A stretch of 63,884 nt of DNA, filler included, from Reticulomyxa filosa (GCA_000512085.1; 24 parts of 24 records of this genome joined end to end with filler, not necessarily neighbours in it), one strand, 5' to 3'; counted from the whole stretch's first letter, positions 50,273 to 63,884 are shown. Notes: a model not told the origin generated them from the sequence alone. Numbers and translations are program-made.

Positions 50273-53254
50273 CTTGGGGAGCTCTTTGTGGTTATATATA
50301 TAAATATAAATATCAAAGAAAGGTGTTTTTTTTTTAAAAAGAAAAACTTTTTCTACATACCCCCTACCTCCACCTTTTTTCATATGTTCACTCTATCAAT
50401 CTCTTCACTGCTTCTTTCCCATTTCTTTCGCATTTCTTTCCACTCTCTTTTCTCAAATATTTTCCACATATTTCTAGCATCTTTCTCTTTTATTTTCTTC
50501 AAGAAAAACACAATGAACTCCAGCAACACTACGTACACACAATCAAACAAAAAAAAATCAACGATTTTCGCAATACAACTGTCATTATCATCTGCAACTT
50601 TCTGCTATGTTCCAGAGGGACATTGAGATGATGTGTTCCTATGTACTAATTTCAAATATAATTTATCATTTGGTTGAAAATTGAATGTTGAATAAAAAGT
50701 TGATCATTAATTTTTTTTTTGATTGAAAAGCATGCGTGTATTTCAACAAGCTCTTTTTCAAGAATGGACATTCTTAATGTAAGCATACTTTCTTTTTTGC
50801 AACGAATACATAAATTAATATCATTATGCAAATCAATCTAATATTTATTATTTCACAATCAAAGCACGTTCAACAAATAAAATTTCCTTTTTTTAACAAC
50901 AAATTTCACACCTGTTTCGCAATATTAACGCTGTAATTTCAAAAAAAGATTACAATGGCACAAGAACAACAAACAATGNNNNNNNNNNNNNNNNNNNNNN
51001 NNNNNNNNNNNNNNNNNNNNNNTTAATTAATTAANNNNNNNNNNNNNNNNNNNNNNNNNNNNNNNNNNNNNNNNNNNNATGCATCTGCCGTATATGGTCG
51101 TCGATTAACCGCAAATGCGAATATGTTTCCCCAATATCTCCGCAATCGAGCAAGTGCTGGAAATTTTCGGTAACAAGAACGATTCGGTTTGCCCTTTTGT
51201 CATTCTGCCAAAGTTTATCATCAATACATCTTTGGACACATACTTTCGTATTTCCACACAATACTTCAAGTCTCGATATCCGAAAAAGTCGAATTTGAAC
51301 GTAGAGTTGTCGTGATCTTTCATTATCGAATCATACAAAGACGACATTTGTGGAATTTTTTCTATTACGCGCAGCTAACAGAAATACGATATTATTTCTT
51401 ATGATGTTTGCTCAAGATCCTTTTGATTGAGTTTTATTACTTAGTGTAACATAACACTATTCATTTTGGCGACATCCAATTTCCAATCACTTATTATTAT
51501 TGTTATTTTTTCTAATATCAACCTTTATTTACTCTTTTTTCCATCTTACAAGATCTTACACACAAACAATTTTTCTATCATCTTCTTCCAACAATTGATG
51601 CAGGACGATGTTTGGATTGCTTGGTCAGTCGTACATCGTCCAATATCAACACTACGTTTTTGTTCGCTTGTTCTTTGCCTTTATCGAGTGGTGTCTTCTG
51701 TCGATCATCTCATACAGTCTATTTTTTTTTTATCAATGTTTCATTTTTTAGTGTCATACACACATATACACTACGTATACAAACAAACAAAAAATCAGTT
51801 TCAATTATTCCAATCTCTCGCAAAAGCTGACAGTAATTTCACATAGTTTTTAAATCAGATCTGTTGTTGCCAACCTCGACATTGGAAAGAAACTACGAAA
51901 AAGTTGTCAAATCACATTTATATTTTTACTTGAAGGAGCCAAGTTTGCTTGTAGTGTTGCAAATAGTAAAAAGATTTATTGACTCAACGAATCTGCAATT
52001 GGAATTTGATTTAATAACACAATGAGTGGATCATTGGCATTCCATTCTTGGACCAAAAAAAAATATCTTTGCTTTTTATCTCATGCAAACTGTCTTCGGA
52101 ATCGTGGTCTTTGCGTTTGATGTACATATTGCATGCGATGGACTGCAAGGACTTGATAAGGGACACAATATTATTTGATTCAATGGAATGATTTGCTGCA
52201 CAACGGGCAAGTTGGTGTTTCGAGTATATATCACCAACTGTCGATACATAAATTGCAAGAATGACTTTAATTGGACCAATGAATTGAGCGCTATTTTATT
52301 GTTGTTAAGAAATACGTAAAAACAAGGTTATTTACAAATCAAGAAATAAAGTAAAAAAAAACAAAAACACCTCTGGTACAGTATTGCCTTGATAGTTCCA
52401 ATCAGGACTGTGGTCATCTATGTTCCTCAATTCTCCTCTTTGCAGAGAGTAAATATTTTAGCACGCAATGTATTGGCGTTTATTTCATCATACGAAGTCA
52501 TCGTTTCGGATTGAAGATAAAGAGACATCCAATAATCGGGGATCTCATAAAAAGTTGCTTTCACTAGCGTCTTCGCCGCTTCCTGACAGTGCTTATGTTT
52601 GTTAATCTCCCCAATCATTCACAAACTGCTGTGTATAGTGATCATCTGGAAGAATATCATAAAAATAAAAATGATTATTGTAAATCTGCGTTATTTCAAA
52701 TGGAACGTTATGCACCTTTTATTTTTTAAAAAAAGGGAAATGTTTGCACATGTCCCAATCCAGTATAAGCTTTTGGCTGAATAAAGAAATTTTTTATAAT
52801 TGTGCCATTTATGAATTGGCAAATTAAATCTTTCTACGAATTTGAAATAATATGTTTTATTTTTTATGTTGGGACTCGATTTATCCAGAAATGTTACGAT
52901 TTTGATGACAGTATGAAAGAAAAACACGAAGTGTAATACTTGTGTTATAAAAAAAAAGAATGTAAAAATATACAAAACTATTTCGAACACAGACCCCCTA
53001 ACAATCTTTTTACATATCAGCATGAATTGCACTTGTTTGCAAAAAGTAATATCAGGAAATATGACATATTCGTTGGTGCCATCGTCCGTCCAAAACAGTA
53101 ACGAACGCATATATAGTTCGTTTTCCACGACTGCGACCAAAACGCAGCCGATAANNNNNNNNNNNNNNNNNNNNNNNNNNNNNNNNNNNNNNNNNNNNTT
53201 AATTAATTAANNNNNNNNNNNNNNNNNNNNNNNNNNNNNNNNNNNNNNNNNNNN

Positions 53255-54482
53255 CAGGGCATGGGGTTTATTGGTGCACTCATGTGTTAAGTTTTTTTTT
53301 TTTTTCCAGTATGCATACAATTTACTTTAAACAACATTTGCTGTGGATCATGTGTGCATAGTGATGCTAATGACAGAAGAGGAAGCATTTTGGATGCTTG
53401 TGAACTTGTTGAAATCAAATGGCAAATACCAATTACGTGGGTTGTATATTGATGGCTTGCCTTTGTTGCATTTGCGTTTTTTCCAATTTCAAAAAATATT
53501 AGAGCGTTTTTCACCTGTCCTTGCCAAGCACTTGGTTTCGTTTTGTTTTGTCTCGCTTCTTTTTTTTTTTTTTCCTTCGTGCTTCTTTCTCTCTTTTATC
53601 TTTTTGTCACATCTGCCATAAAAAGAATTTCTATCACATGCAATATGCTATGTATATATATGTATATATATTAGTACATATTTGGAAACATATTCCATAG
53701 ACGACACTACAAATCGGCCCAGAGTTGTACAGCTCCAAATGGTTTATTACAATATACTGCTATGACTTTCCATTTGAAACAGCAATGCGAATTTGGGATT
53801 GCTTTTTAAGCGAAGGAATTAAATTAATATTTCGAATTGGGCTCGCTCTTCTTAAACAAAATGAGAGTTTAGTGTCAACAAATTTTTCCCTTCCCTCCTC
53901 CCTCCTGTGTATACGTACATGCACCACACAACATAAATTACATTTGCTGATACATGAAACACAAATACAGAGGAACTAATTGCTACCAGTGATTTGGGTG
54001 AGGCATTAACAAGTCTGCAAATGCTACCAAAATCTGTTGATACTCAACAGATTATTAAACTGGCCTTTAAGTTGTCTATTAAACACGAGCATCTGAACGC
54101 AGCTGCACTTGCCTATGAGACAATCCAGAAACAAGAAGAGAAAAACAAAAATGAAAGGAAGGCAAAGAAAAAACAAACAAATGAACAAAATAACACTGAT
54201 GCTTCAAATGAAAATAAGAATCACAATAAAAACGATAACAAAGAAAAAGAGGGAAGAGAAACACTTACACATGACGAAAAAGAAAATGACGTTGCTTCAA
54301 CCAACAGCCATGATAACGCTATTGTGTTGGATCCTGAAACTGGAATGCGCAAAAAAGGTGCTCAAACAATGCAAGTCAAAGATTATTTGTTGGAAGATGA
54401 AAATGTGGAGTCTGTTGATCAATTTGCAAGCGATTCCAATATTGATGTTCCTTTTGCAAGTAGTGAAGAAGAGATTGTGTAA
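53255..54482 (+). CDS. TBC-domain Rab GTPase-activating protein, 5'-partial
   Basis: QGMGFIGALM|LMLMTEEEAFW.L, LY..G.P.L, YSSKWFIT.Y..FP....RIWD.FL.EG.K..FRIGLALL. Introns starting 53286, 53535 and 53867 are in phase. Confidence 0.92.
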
Positions 54483-54985
54483 AACATCTTGCCTATTTTT
54501 TTTTGTGCTCTGAGATGAAACAAACACTTTTTGTTTCTTGTTCATATTTAAATGTTTTTTCTACGGTTTGTCAGTTATTCACAACTAAGCAAGCTTCGAT
54601 ACAGACTAACCTTTTGAAAATTCATTTTGCAATTTGCGTGACATGTCCATCTTTCTATTGAATTCAAATCCATACTTTGTTTTGCTTTCTGCCCAAATTT
54701 TTTTACATATTCAATTAGCTACATTTTAATTCTTCGATAATGTTTAGAATAAACAATACAATAGTATTTTGTCACTTATCCAACAATTGGTCCAAAAAAG
54801 CTGAAACAAGAAAGTTAAATAATGTGACCGAACAAGCCTCATAAAAACGGAAGATTTTTGGTCTTCTTCCTCAAACCAGCATTATCTTATTTTTGCATTT
54901 ATGCACTTTTTGCGATTTAAGAAATTGGAATGGTGAAGAAAGAGAAAGAAACATCAAATTCTCAAACCAATTCAAAAACAAGTTT

Positions 54986-56104
54986 TTAGTTTTGTGAACT
55001 AGTCTGCTGGTTAAGAAAACTATCTTTTGAATCATTAGCTTTGGAATGTTGTAATTTCCACACTTTGACACATTTATCTTTTTGCAAAGCGGCAGAGACA
55101 ATTGTGTTTTCTTTGAGAGGATGCATAGAGACACTCATGACCACGTCCTTGTGAGCACTCCAAGAGTGGCAGATTTTCTTTGTCTGTATGTCCCACATGA
55201 TAATGTTGCCATCTTCAGATCCACTTATAAGCATATTTGGTTCACTTTTCATGTAATCAATAAAAAGTGAATATTTTTCATTCAAGTGTCCTTTATAAGT
55301 TTTCACAGGTCTACGTGTATATTTATGTTTGTATTGGTTGGTACCTTGTAGTTATGAGTAAGACAAAACAAAACAAACAAAAAAAAAAAGAAAAGAAAAA
55401 AACCTGGAAAATCTCCACCCTCGATATGTTATTTGTACATAAAAAATATTATGTGTGAGGATCAATAGTTTACTTGGCAGTTTCAAAGTTCCAAATGTTC
55501 ATGGTACTATTCATGGTCGCAATGGTAATATATTTGCCATTGGGCGTCCATTTGGCAGTGGCAATAGGTGTCGTGTGACCACTGCTGATAGTTTTGATAC
55601 ATTTACGATTACTCATATCCCAAACTCTGACAAGTCCATCATAGCCAGCAGACAGCAGCAGCGTGCCATCTAATGAGAAATCTACAGCACTAACAGGTTC
55701 TCGATGAGCAGGGAACACATGCAAAATGCCACCTGTCCGAACATCCCACAGGCAGACTCGTTCATCGAATGAGCCGCTTGCAATTATATTTCCTGACACA
55801 ATTTCATTTCATATTTTTTTTTTTGTTTTGTTTTGTTTTGAAAAATAATCACAAATACATACACACACACACACACGCACAAAAAAGACCTTGAGGATTG
55901 AATGCAACGCAAAACAGGTAAGAATGATGTGCAACATTATCCTGCAATGACGGCAAATCATCATAAGTGGGCAAGTGTTCTTCCAATCGGTTGTCTACCC
56001 ACAATAGACCATAGGAGGATGCAAATGAAAACAGTGAGCCATTTCGAGCATTTGCATTTGGGGTTATCCCATCCGATTTTTTTTTGTGTTTATTTTTTGG
56101 TTGC

Positions 56105-56168
<64 letters not shown>

Positions 56169-56702
56169 GCTGTTGCTGTTGTGTTTGTAACTGACTGCTC
56201 GTTTTGGATGACTCATCTTTTATTATCATCGCTGTTGCTATCGATGCTGATTGTTGTGAGCCTACCGAACACGATTTTCGTTGTGACGATGGACCTGTCC
56301 CAGCACTATTAGACTCGCTTGCCATATCAGAATTAATTTGCTGCTGTTGTTCACCTTCTTGAGAGTTCGCTGATGTTTGCGTAGTCGTTATATATTGGGT
56401 CGGACACGAAGGAGTATTTCGCTGCTGGCATTGCATTTGGAGGAGCTGCTGGTACTTGTGATGGATTTTCGTCGCGTTTTGTTCCGGTACACATTTGCGG
56501 TTTAACACGCGGAGTGCTGCACTCTGATGTACATCCCATACTATTATTGTCTGGTCATCACTGCACGTGCACATGTAATGTTGATGCGAACGGTTCCATG
56601 AAAAATCGTTTATTCCTGCTGTATGCTTTTGTAATGACTGAGTCAGGACATATCCATTTTGCTCATTATTCCACCCATACAAATTCAGATGCCCTTCTGC
56701 TC
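54986..56702 (-). CDS. WDR5: WDR5/Swd3-like WD40 protein with large polyQ insertion, 5'-partial
   Basis: H..GINDFSW, YLFCVAFNPQ|GNIIASGSFDE.V..WDVRTG...FPAH.EPVSAVDF..DG..L.S..YDGL.R.WD, KTYKGH.NEKY.LF, SGSED, H.DVV..V..HP.EN.I.SAAL..DK.VKVWK. Confidence 0.85.
56102..56184 (-). repeat. (CAA/CAG)n microsatellite encoding polyQ
   Basis: Long (TTG)n on + strand inside the WDR5-like ORF. Confidence 0.9.
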
Positions 56703-56835
56703 CTAAATTTTATTTTTATTGTTTTTTTTTTTTTTNNNNNNNNNNNNNNNNNNNNNNNNNNNNNNNNNNNNNNNNNNNNTTAATTAATTAANNNNNNNNN
56801 NNNNNNNNNNNNNNNNNNNNNNNNNNNNNNNNNNN

Positions 56836-57198
56836 AAAGTTATTTGCTGCGTCCTCTTTCACATGGACTAAAAACTCAGTGTGGAAGATAGCCGCAAAAG
56901 GGCCGTTTTTTACATCATCAATTACATTTGGTTCCAAGTCAACCTATTTTTATCTAGTTTATTATACGTAAAACGGAAAAGCGAAATTCCAAATAGAGTA
57001 CTTAACTGCAAGGTTACGAGGAACAAATTGGCCACTACCTGTTTCTTCAAAGAAAACTTTAAAAGAGTCGTCTTTTCCTGAGCTCTCTTTTCTTTTGACA
57101 TCGTTATCAATTCCGTGCTCTGCACAGTATTGTTCACAAATGGCGTTGCCTAATTGTATACCGGCTTGGCCTACTTCAATTGTGAGCACTTCTCTCAT
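56836..57198 (-). CDS. TUBA: Divergent alpha-tubulin N-terminal part (possibly pseudogene), 3'-partial
   Basis: [52 protein letters not shown] | intron 56944-57006 | [32 protein letters not shown]. Confidence 0.9.
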
Positions 57199-58480
57199 TT
57201 TTTTTTTTTTTAATTTACCAAAAAAAAAAAACAACAAAAAAATGACACAAGAACTTAAAACAGAAACAAATAGTTTCAACTAATTCATTTTTGAAAACAG
57301 AAAATTAGTGAGATTGCTTTTGTGTTGAGGTTTTGCGCAAAAAATATTGATATTGCAAACAAAAACAAATAAAAGACATGCGGCTATTCATCAGAGCCCG
57401 AAGTCTTTGAATTTCTTACAAATGAAAAATAAACAACAATAAAGCTACGTACAATTATATGAGATCTTTTCTTTTTAAGAGAAAAAAAAGAGATACTACA
57501 ATAAACGAAGAAAAAAAAGGTAAAATAAGTTACAGCACCAAGCCACTGACATTGGTCATGTCCACACACACACACAAACGCAGCCACAGACTGGACAAAT
57601 ATTTGACAGCGATGGCATCGAATTGCTTGTCATGAACGAGCAAAGCAATATCCAGCGTAGGAGTGAATTGAACGATGCGATAAGCATTGTTCATATACAT
57701 GCATCCGCCATAACGATCATGGATATACGCCGTCCATATCAATGTCATTGTTGTTGTTACGTGCAAGTGGTTTCATATTGATAGATTTTGTAACAATCCC
57801 AGCGTCAGTAGATCTCGCGGTGTTCGCTCAATTGCCTCTCCTGGGATCGACTCAAGCATTGTGCAATCACGCAAGAGCAAGATCTGGAGCGAAGTAAAGA
57901 GGGAAGCGTCGGTTGCATCAAAGATTGCAAGACCAAATGAAGAATGAGGATTTCGAGGACAATGTCTTTCCACGTGCGCTTTGCGAATTGTTATTACTTT
58001 GTCTATCTTTTGATTGCCATCACGATCATAACTTCGACTTTGCTTTTGCTTGTGGTTCATTCATATTTGTCTTCTTTTCAACTTGTCTTTGCTTTTTGCA
58101 ATGGAGGTAATGCAGGCAACGCGGACAAAGACTATGCTGCTGTTCTCACTCTGTCGTCCAACGATTGCGATCGAGAATGGCTTTGGCTTTTGTTGTTCGC
58201 TTCGCTCTTTCATCTTATTGTCAATCGTTGGAGTAATCGCTGTCGTTTGTACGTCTCCACTCTCATTTCTCGTCACAAACGATTACTGTCTCTGATTTCA
58301 ATCTCCAAACATTATGTTCATATAATCTCATCCAGTGAATATATTGCGATTACTTTTTTTTTTTNNNNNNNNNNNNNNNNNNNNNNNNNNNNNNNNNNNN
58401 NNNNNNNNTTAATTAATTAANNNNNNNNNNNNNNNNNNNNNNNNNNNNNNNNNNNNNNNNNNNNAAAAAATTAGGTCTAA

Positions 58481-60044
58481 ATGTTGATTTTTCATGGAAA
58501 AAATCAATTATCATCATATGATATCGGTTTAGGCGTTCAGTTTTCTTTGCAACCTACTGTAATAAGATCGCAACATAATAAAAAGATAAATGATATATGC
58601 TCTGCAAACGAAAACATTGATATTGTCGCTCAAGTTGAAGAATCATTTGCTATGAACAGTGAGCTATTCGATTACGATGACTTATTTGAAAAAGAAAAAT
58701 TTCGTGAAGCATAACGATTGCATCTATAAAAGTATTATTATCGAAACTAAAGAAAGATCCCGGAACATATATAACAAAATATCATCACATTGGATAAAAG
58801 CTATTGAACAACAAATGATTGGATTGAATAAAATGGGAATACTAACTTATGATTTTAAACATATTGCCCCAAAATCAATACAACATGATGTGATATTATA
58901 TTTACATTAACATGCATTACCACAACACCATGGTGCACAACGAATGGCAGATGCAATTCAAGAAAGATTATACTGGCTAGTATTAGTTGAAGATTTAAAG
59001 CGTTTTTGCAAGAATTGCTTTAATTGCCAAGTATCCAATGAAACAAGTGATACAAATGCAGACGAAATTCAACATTTCCAGTCAACAAGGCTATTTCAAA
59101 TTGTAGCGGTGGACATCGTTGGTCCATTACCAAAGATATAATCAAATTACCAATATATTTAACAATGATGGATCGATTCACGCGTTATGATGCCGCAGTA
59201 CCTATCAAGATAAACAAAGCAAAAATTACATTACCATTTGCAAATGAATGGGTTTACCACCATGGTGTTCCTGAAACAATATTATCGGACAATGGAATAC
59301 AATTTAAATACATCTGATCACTGACAAAGCATTACTAGCAAAAAGACATTACAACTCCAAACGTATATAATTTGAAAACAATAAAAAACATAAAGATAAT
59401 TTTGAAATATGTGATCCAATCCTATTGTTCGTAGGAGATCAGATAGTAAGTAATAAATCAAAATTGTTGCCAAAATTTGTTTGCCCCTATATAACCATTC
59501 AACGTATATGTCCAGTAACTCTTAAGATTAAGAGTGAACATTGCTTTGAAAAAATTGTGCATGTATCGAGTTGCTGAAGTTATACATGTGATATGATACT
59601 AAGAAATCGGAAACATTGTCAGAGCAAAGACTTTCATCTGAATAAGTAGACAATCTAAATTTGCCATCTAAACTAGTAGACTTATTACCACAATTGGAAG
59701 CAATTGATAAGCCAACTTCATCGTTGGGACCATTGAACAATGTCGAAGAAGTGCTAAGCATTAAACGTAAAAAGACAAAGGACAAAAGAAGCATACACAA
59801 TGGCGAGATATTACACGTAACAGACGATCAAACATGCGTATGTTGCCCAGCAGTGGCAAAGAGTGGGGAATGTAGGGCAAGTCCCTATTACACATGGCCG
59901 AGCCCTTATTGAACTGATGAGCTCCCGTTGTCGTTTATATTCTTCTTTTATTTAAACTAGTTTCGTTTTTGAAAGATTGCTTAAAGAGCAACTATTCGTA
60001 TTACACTTGATATTCCAGTCTAGACCAGCTACCAACTTCCTACA
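58481..60044 (+). mobile_element. Degenerate Ty3/Gypsy LTR retrotransposon 3' end (integrase, PPT, 3' LTR)
   Basis: HHCC zinc finger (LH..HHG..M..LYW..DL..CKNCFNCQ), VAVDIVGPLP, LTMMDRFTRY, HGVPETILSDNG.QF, KLLPKF.CPY (GPY/F), VHVS. Stops and frameshifts. Confidence 0.88.
59871..60044 (+). repeat. Putative 3' LTR (174 bp) preceded by polypurine tract 59858-59870
   Basis: AAAGAGTGGGGAA immediately followed by TGTAGG...CCTACA (6-bp terminal inverted repeat, TG..CA ends), downstream of the integrase. Confidence 0.7.
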
Positions 60045-61886
60045 AGCTTAAATATTGGAACAATTAAAGAAATAATGATAACAAAAAGCATTGTATTTTC
60101 GTGATTAAACAAATTTTCATTCCGTAAGATTAATTGGCAAGTTGAAGACTGCGAAATTCGAATTATTCGATTGAAGTATTAATGTTTAAATTCACAATAC
60201 AATTCAAACTACATAAAAAATAAAAGTTTTGTAATTCATTTCTCAATTTAAGAATTCTATGTTTATAAATTGACAAATTTCTAGTTACATTAATAAAAAA
60301 CAAATATTAAATGATATGATTACATTTGAACATAAGTATATATGAAATAAGGAAAATTCTTTGGACCTTTATTATGTCAAAGTCACAATATTAATCAAAA
60401 GCTGAAAAATTGAATAAAGATTTTAAATCATAAATGACAATAAACATTACAAATTGATAAGAAAATAATTTCTAGCTTTTACTGACTACTTCACAAAATA
60501 CTTGAAGACCGAATGTTAAAATGTAGTAAATTATATAATCAATTTAATAAATTAAGTATAAATATGAAAACAATCGCTGACTGAAATTATATTAGTTATT
60601 AAAATCTTTCGAGTTAATATATGATATTACTGAATTATCTATTATGTTAGGTAGTACACGTATTGAGCAAGACTACGATGAATAAGACTATGTAACTATA
60701 ACATAAAAATTGTCATCAAGTTAAGTAAAAAAATTTGTTTCTGGTTTTTTGATACAATGCGAAGCAATAAGTTTAATGTTTCATTGTCATTATGAATATC
60801 AATTCCAAGGTATGCTTGGTTAGCCAGTCATACCATGTGTGGAAAACACTTGAGTGTTGACTGTAGTTTTTTTCTAGTCTGAGAAAAATTGGATAATGTG
60901 ATGTTTCTGGAGGTTAAGGCGGGAAAAGAATGACCACAAAAGAAATTGTCCACTCCCAGTTAAAAAGGGGGCGTAAAGAAAATTCTGTATGAAAAAAGTG
61001 GACCAGAAAGGAAAGCGTTCTTAGCAAGTACTCACCAGTTGACTTAAAACAATTTGCAGGTACTTCAGCAACAAGTTCTGGCTTTCAGGAACATTGTGTA
61101 ACGTCAGTCGCTGGACAAACACGTAACAAGAACAGATATAAGACAAACTAATGGAGTATCTGTTAGTTTTGGTTCTTCTTAAAATGGTATTAAACACAAT
61201 CACATTTAATGAAACAGGCGCTTGAAGTAACATTCTTTTACAAAGATATTTTCACTTTTTTATTTCAGGGATTTGGTTTTTCTCACTAATTCAAAATTTC
61301 ATGTACTCACATTCGATTAATTTTTCAGTAAATCGCAAGTAAAAACGTGTTTAATAACACATCTCTCAAAAAGACACACATAAATTTCAAAAACTTTATT
61401 TGAAAATTGAAATACATAGTGCTAAAAACCAAGTAATTTACCAAAGCCTTTTTGGATTGAAACCAACTTATTTTGACTCCAGCCATCAAACAAACACCAC
61501 TCATATTTACTGTGGCCATAACCTGATCGAACGAGCTAAAAAGGAAAAATTAATGAAACAGCTCTCACCAAAACAACATTCACACAAAATGAAAGACTAC
61601 AAGTTTTTTGGTGCTGTCGTTGATAATGAGTGTTGGCTTGGAGAGGGAAAAACAAACAAACAAATAAAAAAAAANNNNNNNNNNNNNNNNNNNNNNNNNN
61701 NNNNNNNNNNNNNNNNNNTTAATTAATTAANNNNNNNNNNNNNNNNNNNNNNNNNNNNNNNNNNNNNNNNNNNNCAATAACAATAACAATTACAATTACA
61801 ATAACAATAGCAATAGCAACGAGAGTGAGAGGGATGAAAGTGGCCATGTACATAGTGGCACGACCATTATCCATAATCCTCAGTAC

Positions 61887-63165
61887 GTGTATCACATCAA
61901 ACAAAAAACAATGTCCACTTATGAAAATGCGAAAGAAAGTGGGAACGATAAGAGTATGCAAAGCCATCGCAATCGAGCACGCAACAACCGAAGAGTGCAC
62001 AGCTTACATGTGCGCTTCCAAACGCATAGTTTATCGCGTACGAGTGGAGCCCACGCTGTCATATCAACAGCAACAGGAACAGCAACGGATTACCAACACC
62101 CAAAGCTATCGTCGAAAACGGAAAAAAAAGATCAGTTGCAACACAATGTCCATGATTACGAAGTGAGCCAGTCCTCGGCCAATGTGATGGACCCACAGAC
62201 ACACACGATTCACACTTACGACGACATCGAGCAAGACGACGTACCAGAGCGCGCCACACATGAGTCGCCAGGTGGCAAATATTTTCGTCGGAAAGGTAGC
62301 AGGTTTGATTCGCAACACCGACATCCTACGAGTCATCAAAACAAGCCCAGCCACGTTTGGTTTTTTTTTTTAACAAAAAAAAGGGGGAACAAGAAATTTC
62401 TTTTCTCAATAAACTCCCTCCCCTTTTTTAATCATGTCCCCTCCCCCCCCCTCCTCATAAGTGCTATCTTTGGATTTTTAAATTTTATACACCTCCTTTT
62501 TTTTTTTTTTTTTTTTTTGCACTGAAGACTTCGAACGTTTCACACGTGTCCAAAGCCTCAATGACGTCAAAGGGCAAGTCCACCAGTCACTTCGACTCAC
62601 TGGGGTCCTTTAGCAGCTTTTCTGTCACGAAAATGCGAGCATTTGTTAAGCCCTGCGTGCAAACAAACAAAAAATAAAAAATAAAAAATAAAAATAAAAA
62701 AATTCAAACAAATACTCAGCGACCAACACTTCAGCGTGACAGTGAAGGAGGGGACTTGGAGTATGACATGAGTGAGACGGAGCACGACCGACGGAGCAGA
62801 AGCAACCTGAGCAACCAGGTGAGCAATCAGGCAAGTAATCAGCGAGCCATTACGATGCACGCAAACAGACTGGCAGCTATGCTCCTGCGTTGAGCAATAA
62901 AAACACCAATACCAACAGCAACACCAGTCACCACAGCAATAACAGCAGCGTTAATGCCACTGGTAACGATGGCAAGAAATTGGCCACTTTAGTGTTGAAG
63001 ACTCGCTACTTTGATGCAAGTAAAAGGGACAATTCTGCCGTCACTGCCAACAGTAATAATGGTAATGGTAATAGCAACAGCAATGACAACAGCAACAAGA
63101 GTAACAATAGCAATACCAACAATAATAATAATAATAATAGTAATAATAATAGTAATAACGATAGC

Positions 63166-63209
<44 letters not shown>

Positions 63210-63640
63210 TAACAACAGTATACATTACAACTTTGTCAACAAAGGCGATCACACGAAACGCAACTACTCGAATGTCCCACTTGCCATGAAAAACGACATT
63301 AGTGACGAAAGCAATCATAGCAACGTGAGTGACGATCGCTCACTACAGCTATTGGACCGGGTTCATCTCGCCAAAAATCATGACCGTCCTCTTGCGGTAC
63401 CCGCAAATGCAGCTGCAAATGTAAATGTAAATGCAAATTCAAATGTAAATGTAAATGTAAATCCAAATCCAAATCCAAATCCAAATCCAAATCCAAATGC
63501 AAATGCAAATGTCAAAACACAAACAAAAGCAATGGCAAACGTGAATATAAATGGCAACGGAAAAACAAAAGGCCGATATCAATCGGGACTCTTTGTCGCG
63601 GAGAGTAAGAAACGCCAGGTTACAACATGTTGTGCTCATG
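61887..63640 (+). CDS. Hypothetical low-complexity Asn/His/Ser-rich protein (multi-exon, partial)
   Basis: ORFs 61887-62525 and 62890-63699 with polyN and (N-X)n tracts, separated by homopolymer-rich intron-like gaps. No recognisable domain. Confidence 0.45.
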
Positions 63641-63884
63641 TTTTGGTCTGTGCGTTTTCGCGTTTGTTTCTGTTTTTGTTTTTGTGTGTTTTTTGTTGAA
63701 GAGTTTGGATTCGATAGGTTGCTTTGGCCAATAACAGTCTATCTCAAGCGACGTTCCATTGAATCCCAAAGCCACCGAAGCGCATTGGAGAAACTTGACA
63801 GTTTGAGTAGAAAGAAAATATTATTTTTTTTTTATTTCCTCCTCTTTTTATCATTGTCTCAACAATAACAATAATAATAATAAT

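Noticed and set aside
51079-53154. Fragmented minus-strand ORFs
   Set aside because: Likely a decayed or multi-exon hypothetical gene; no family recognisable by eye.
57384-58364. GC-richer coding-like region upstream of tubulin
   Set aside because: Multiple short frames, no motif; insufficient evidence.

Overview
This is not one contiguous locus. It is 24 short eukaryotic contigs joined by 23 identical artificial 100-bp spacers (N44-TTAATTAATTAA-N44, stops in all six frames), so adjacency across spacers is meaningless. The DNA is AT-rich, intron-containing and uses the standard code. Several signatures point to a foraminiferan (Reticulomyxa filosa-like) nuclear draft genome (inference): an Ala at the polyubiquitin monomer junction, a divergent [13 protein letters not shown] alpha-tubulin, expanded kelch-like/WD40 families and many pseudogenes. 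Recognisable genes, mostly partial: USP deubiquitinase, LMF1, WD40 proteins, topoisomerase II, RasGEF, a PUB+RA-like protein, PPOX, an SH3 protein, mito bL34, clathrin light chain, DBP10/DDX54, myotubularin, kelch+WD40, ETF-beta, a histidine-phosphatase-like protein, GH30, PA200, a TBC RabGAP, WDR5 and alpha-tubulin. Decayed relics: MCM3, kinesin, polyubiquitin, a LINE RT with a perfect fold-back, and a Ty3/Gypsy integrase with PPT and 3' LTR. The most notable signals are (i) a decayed RelA/SpoT-like nucleotidyltransferase domain, (ii) unusual intron architecture, with most donors GTT(A) rather than GTA/GTG and several A-tract acceptors or fold-back introns, and (iii) an AT-extreme topoisomerase II with EGKSA replacing EGDSA.
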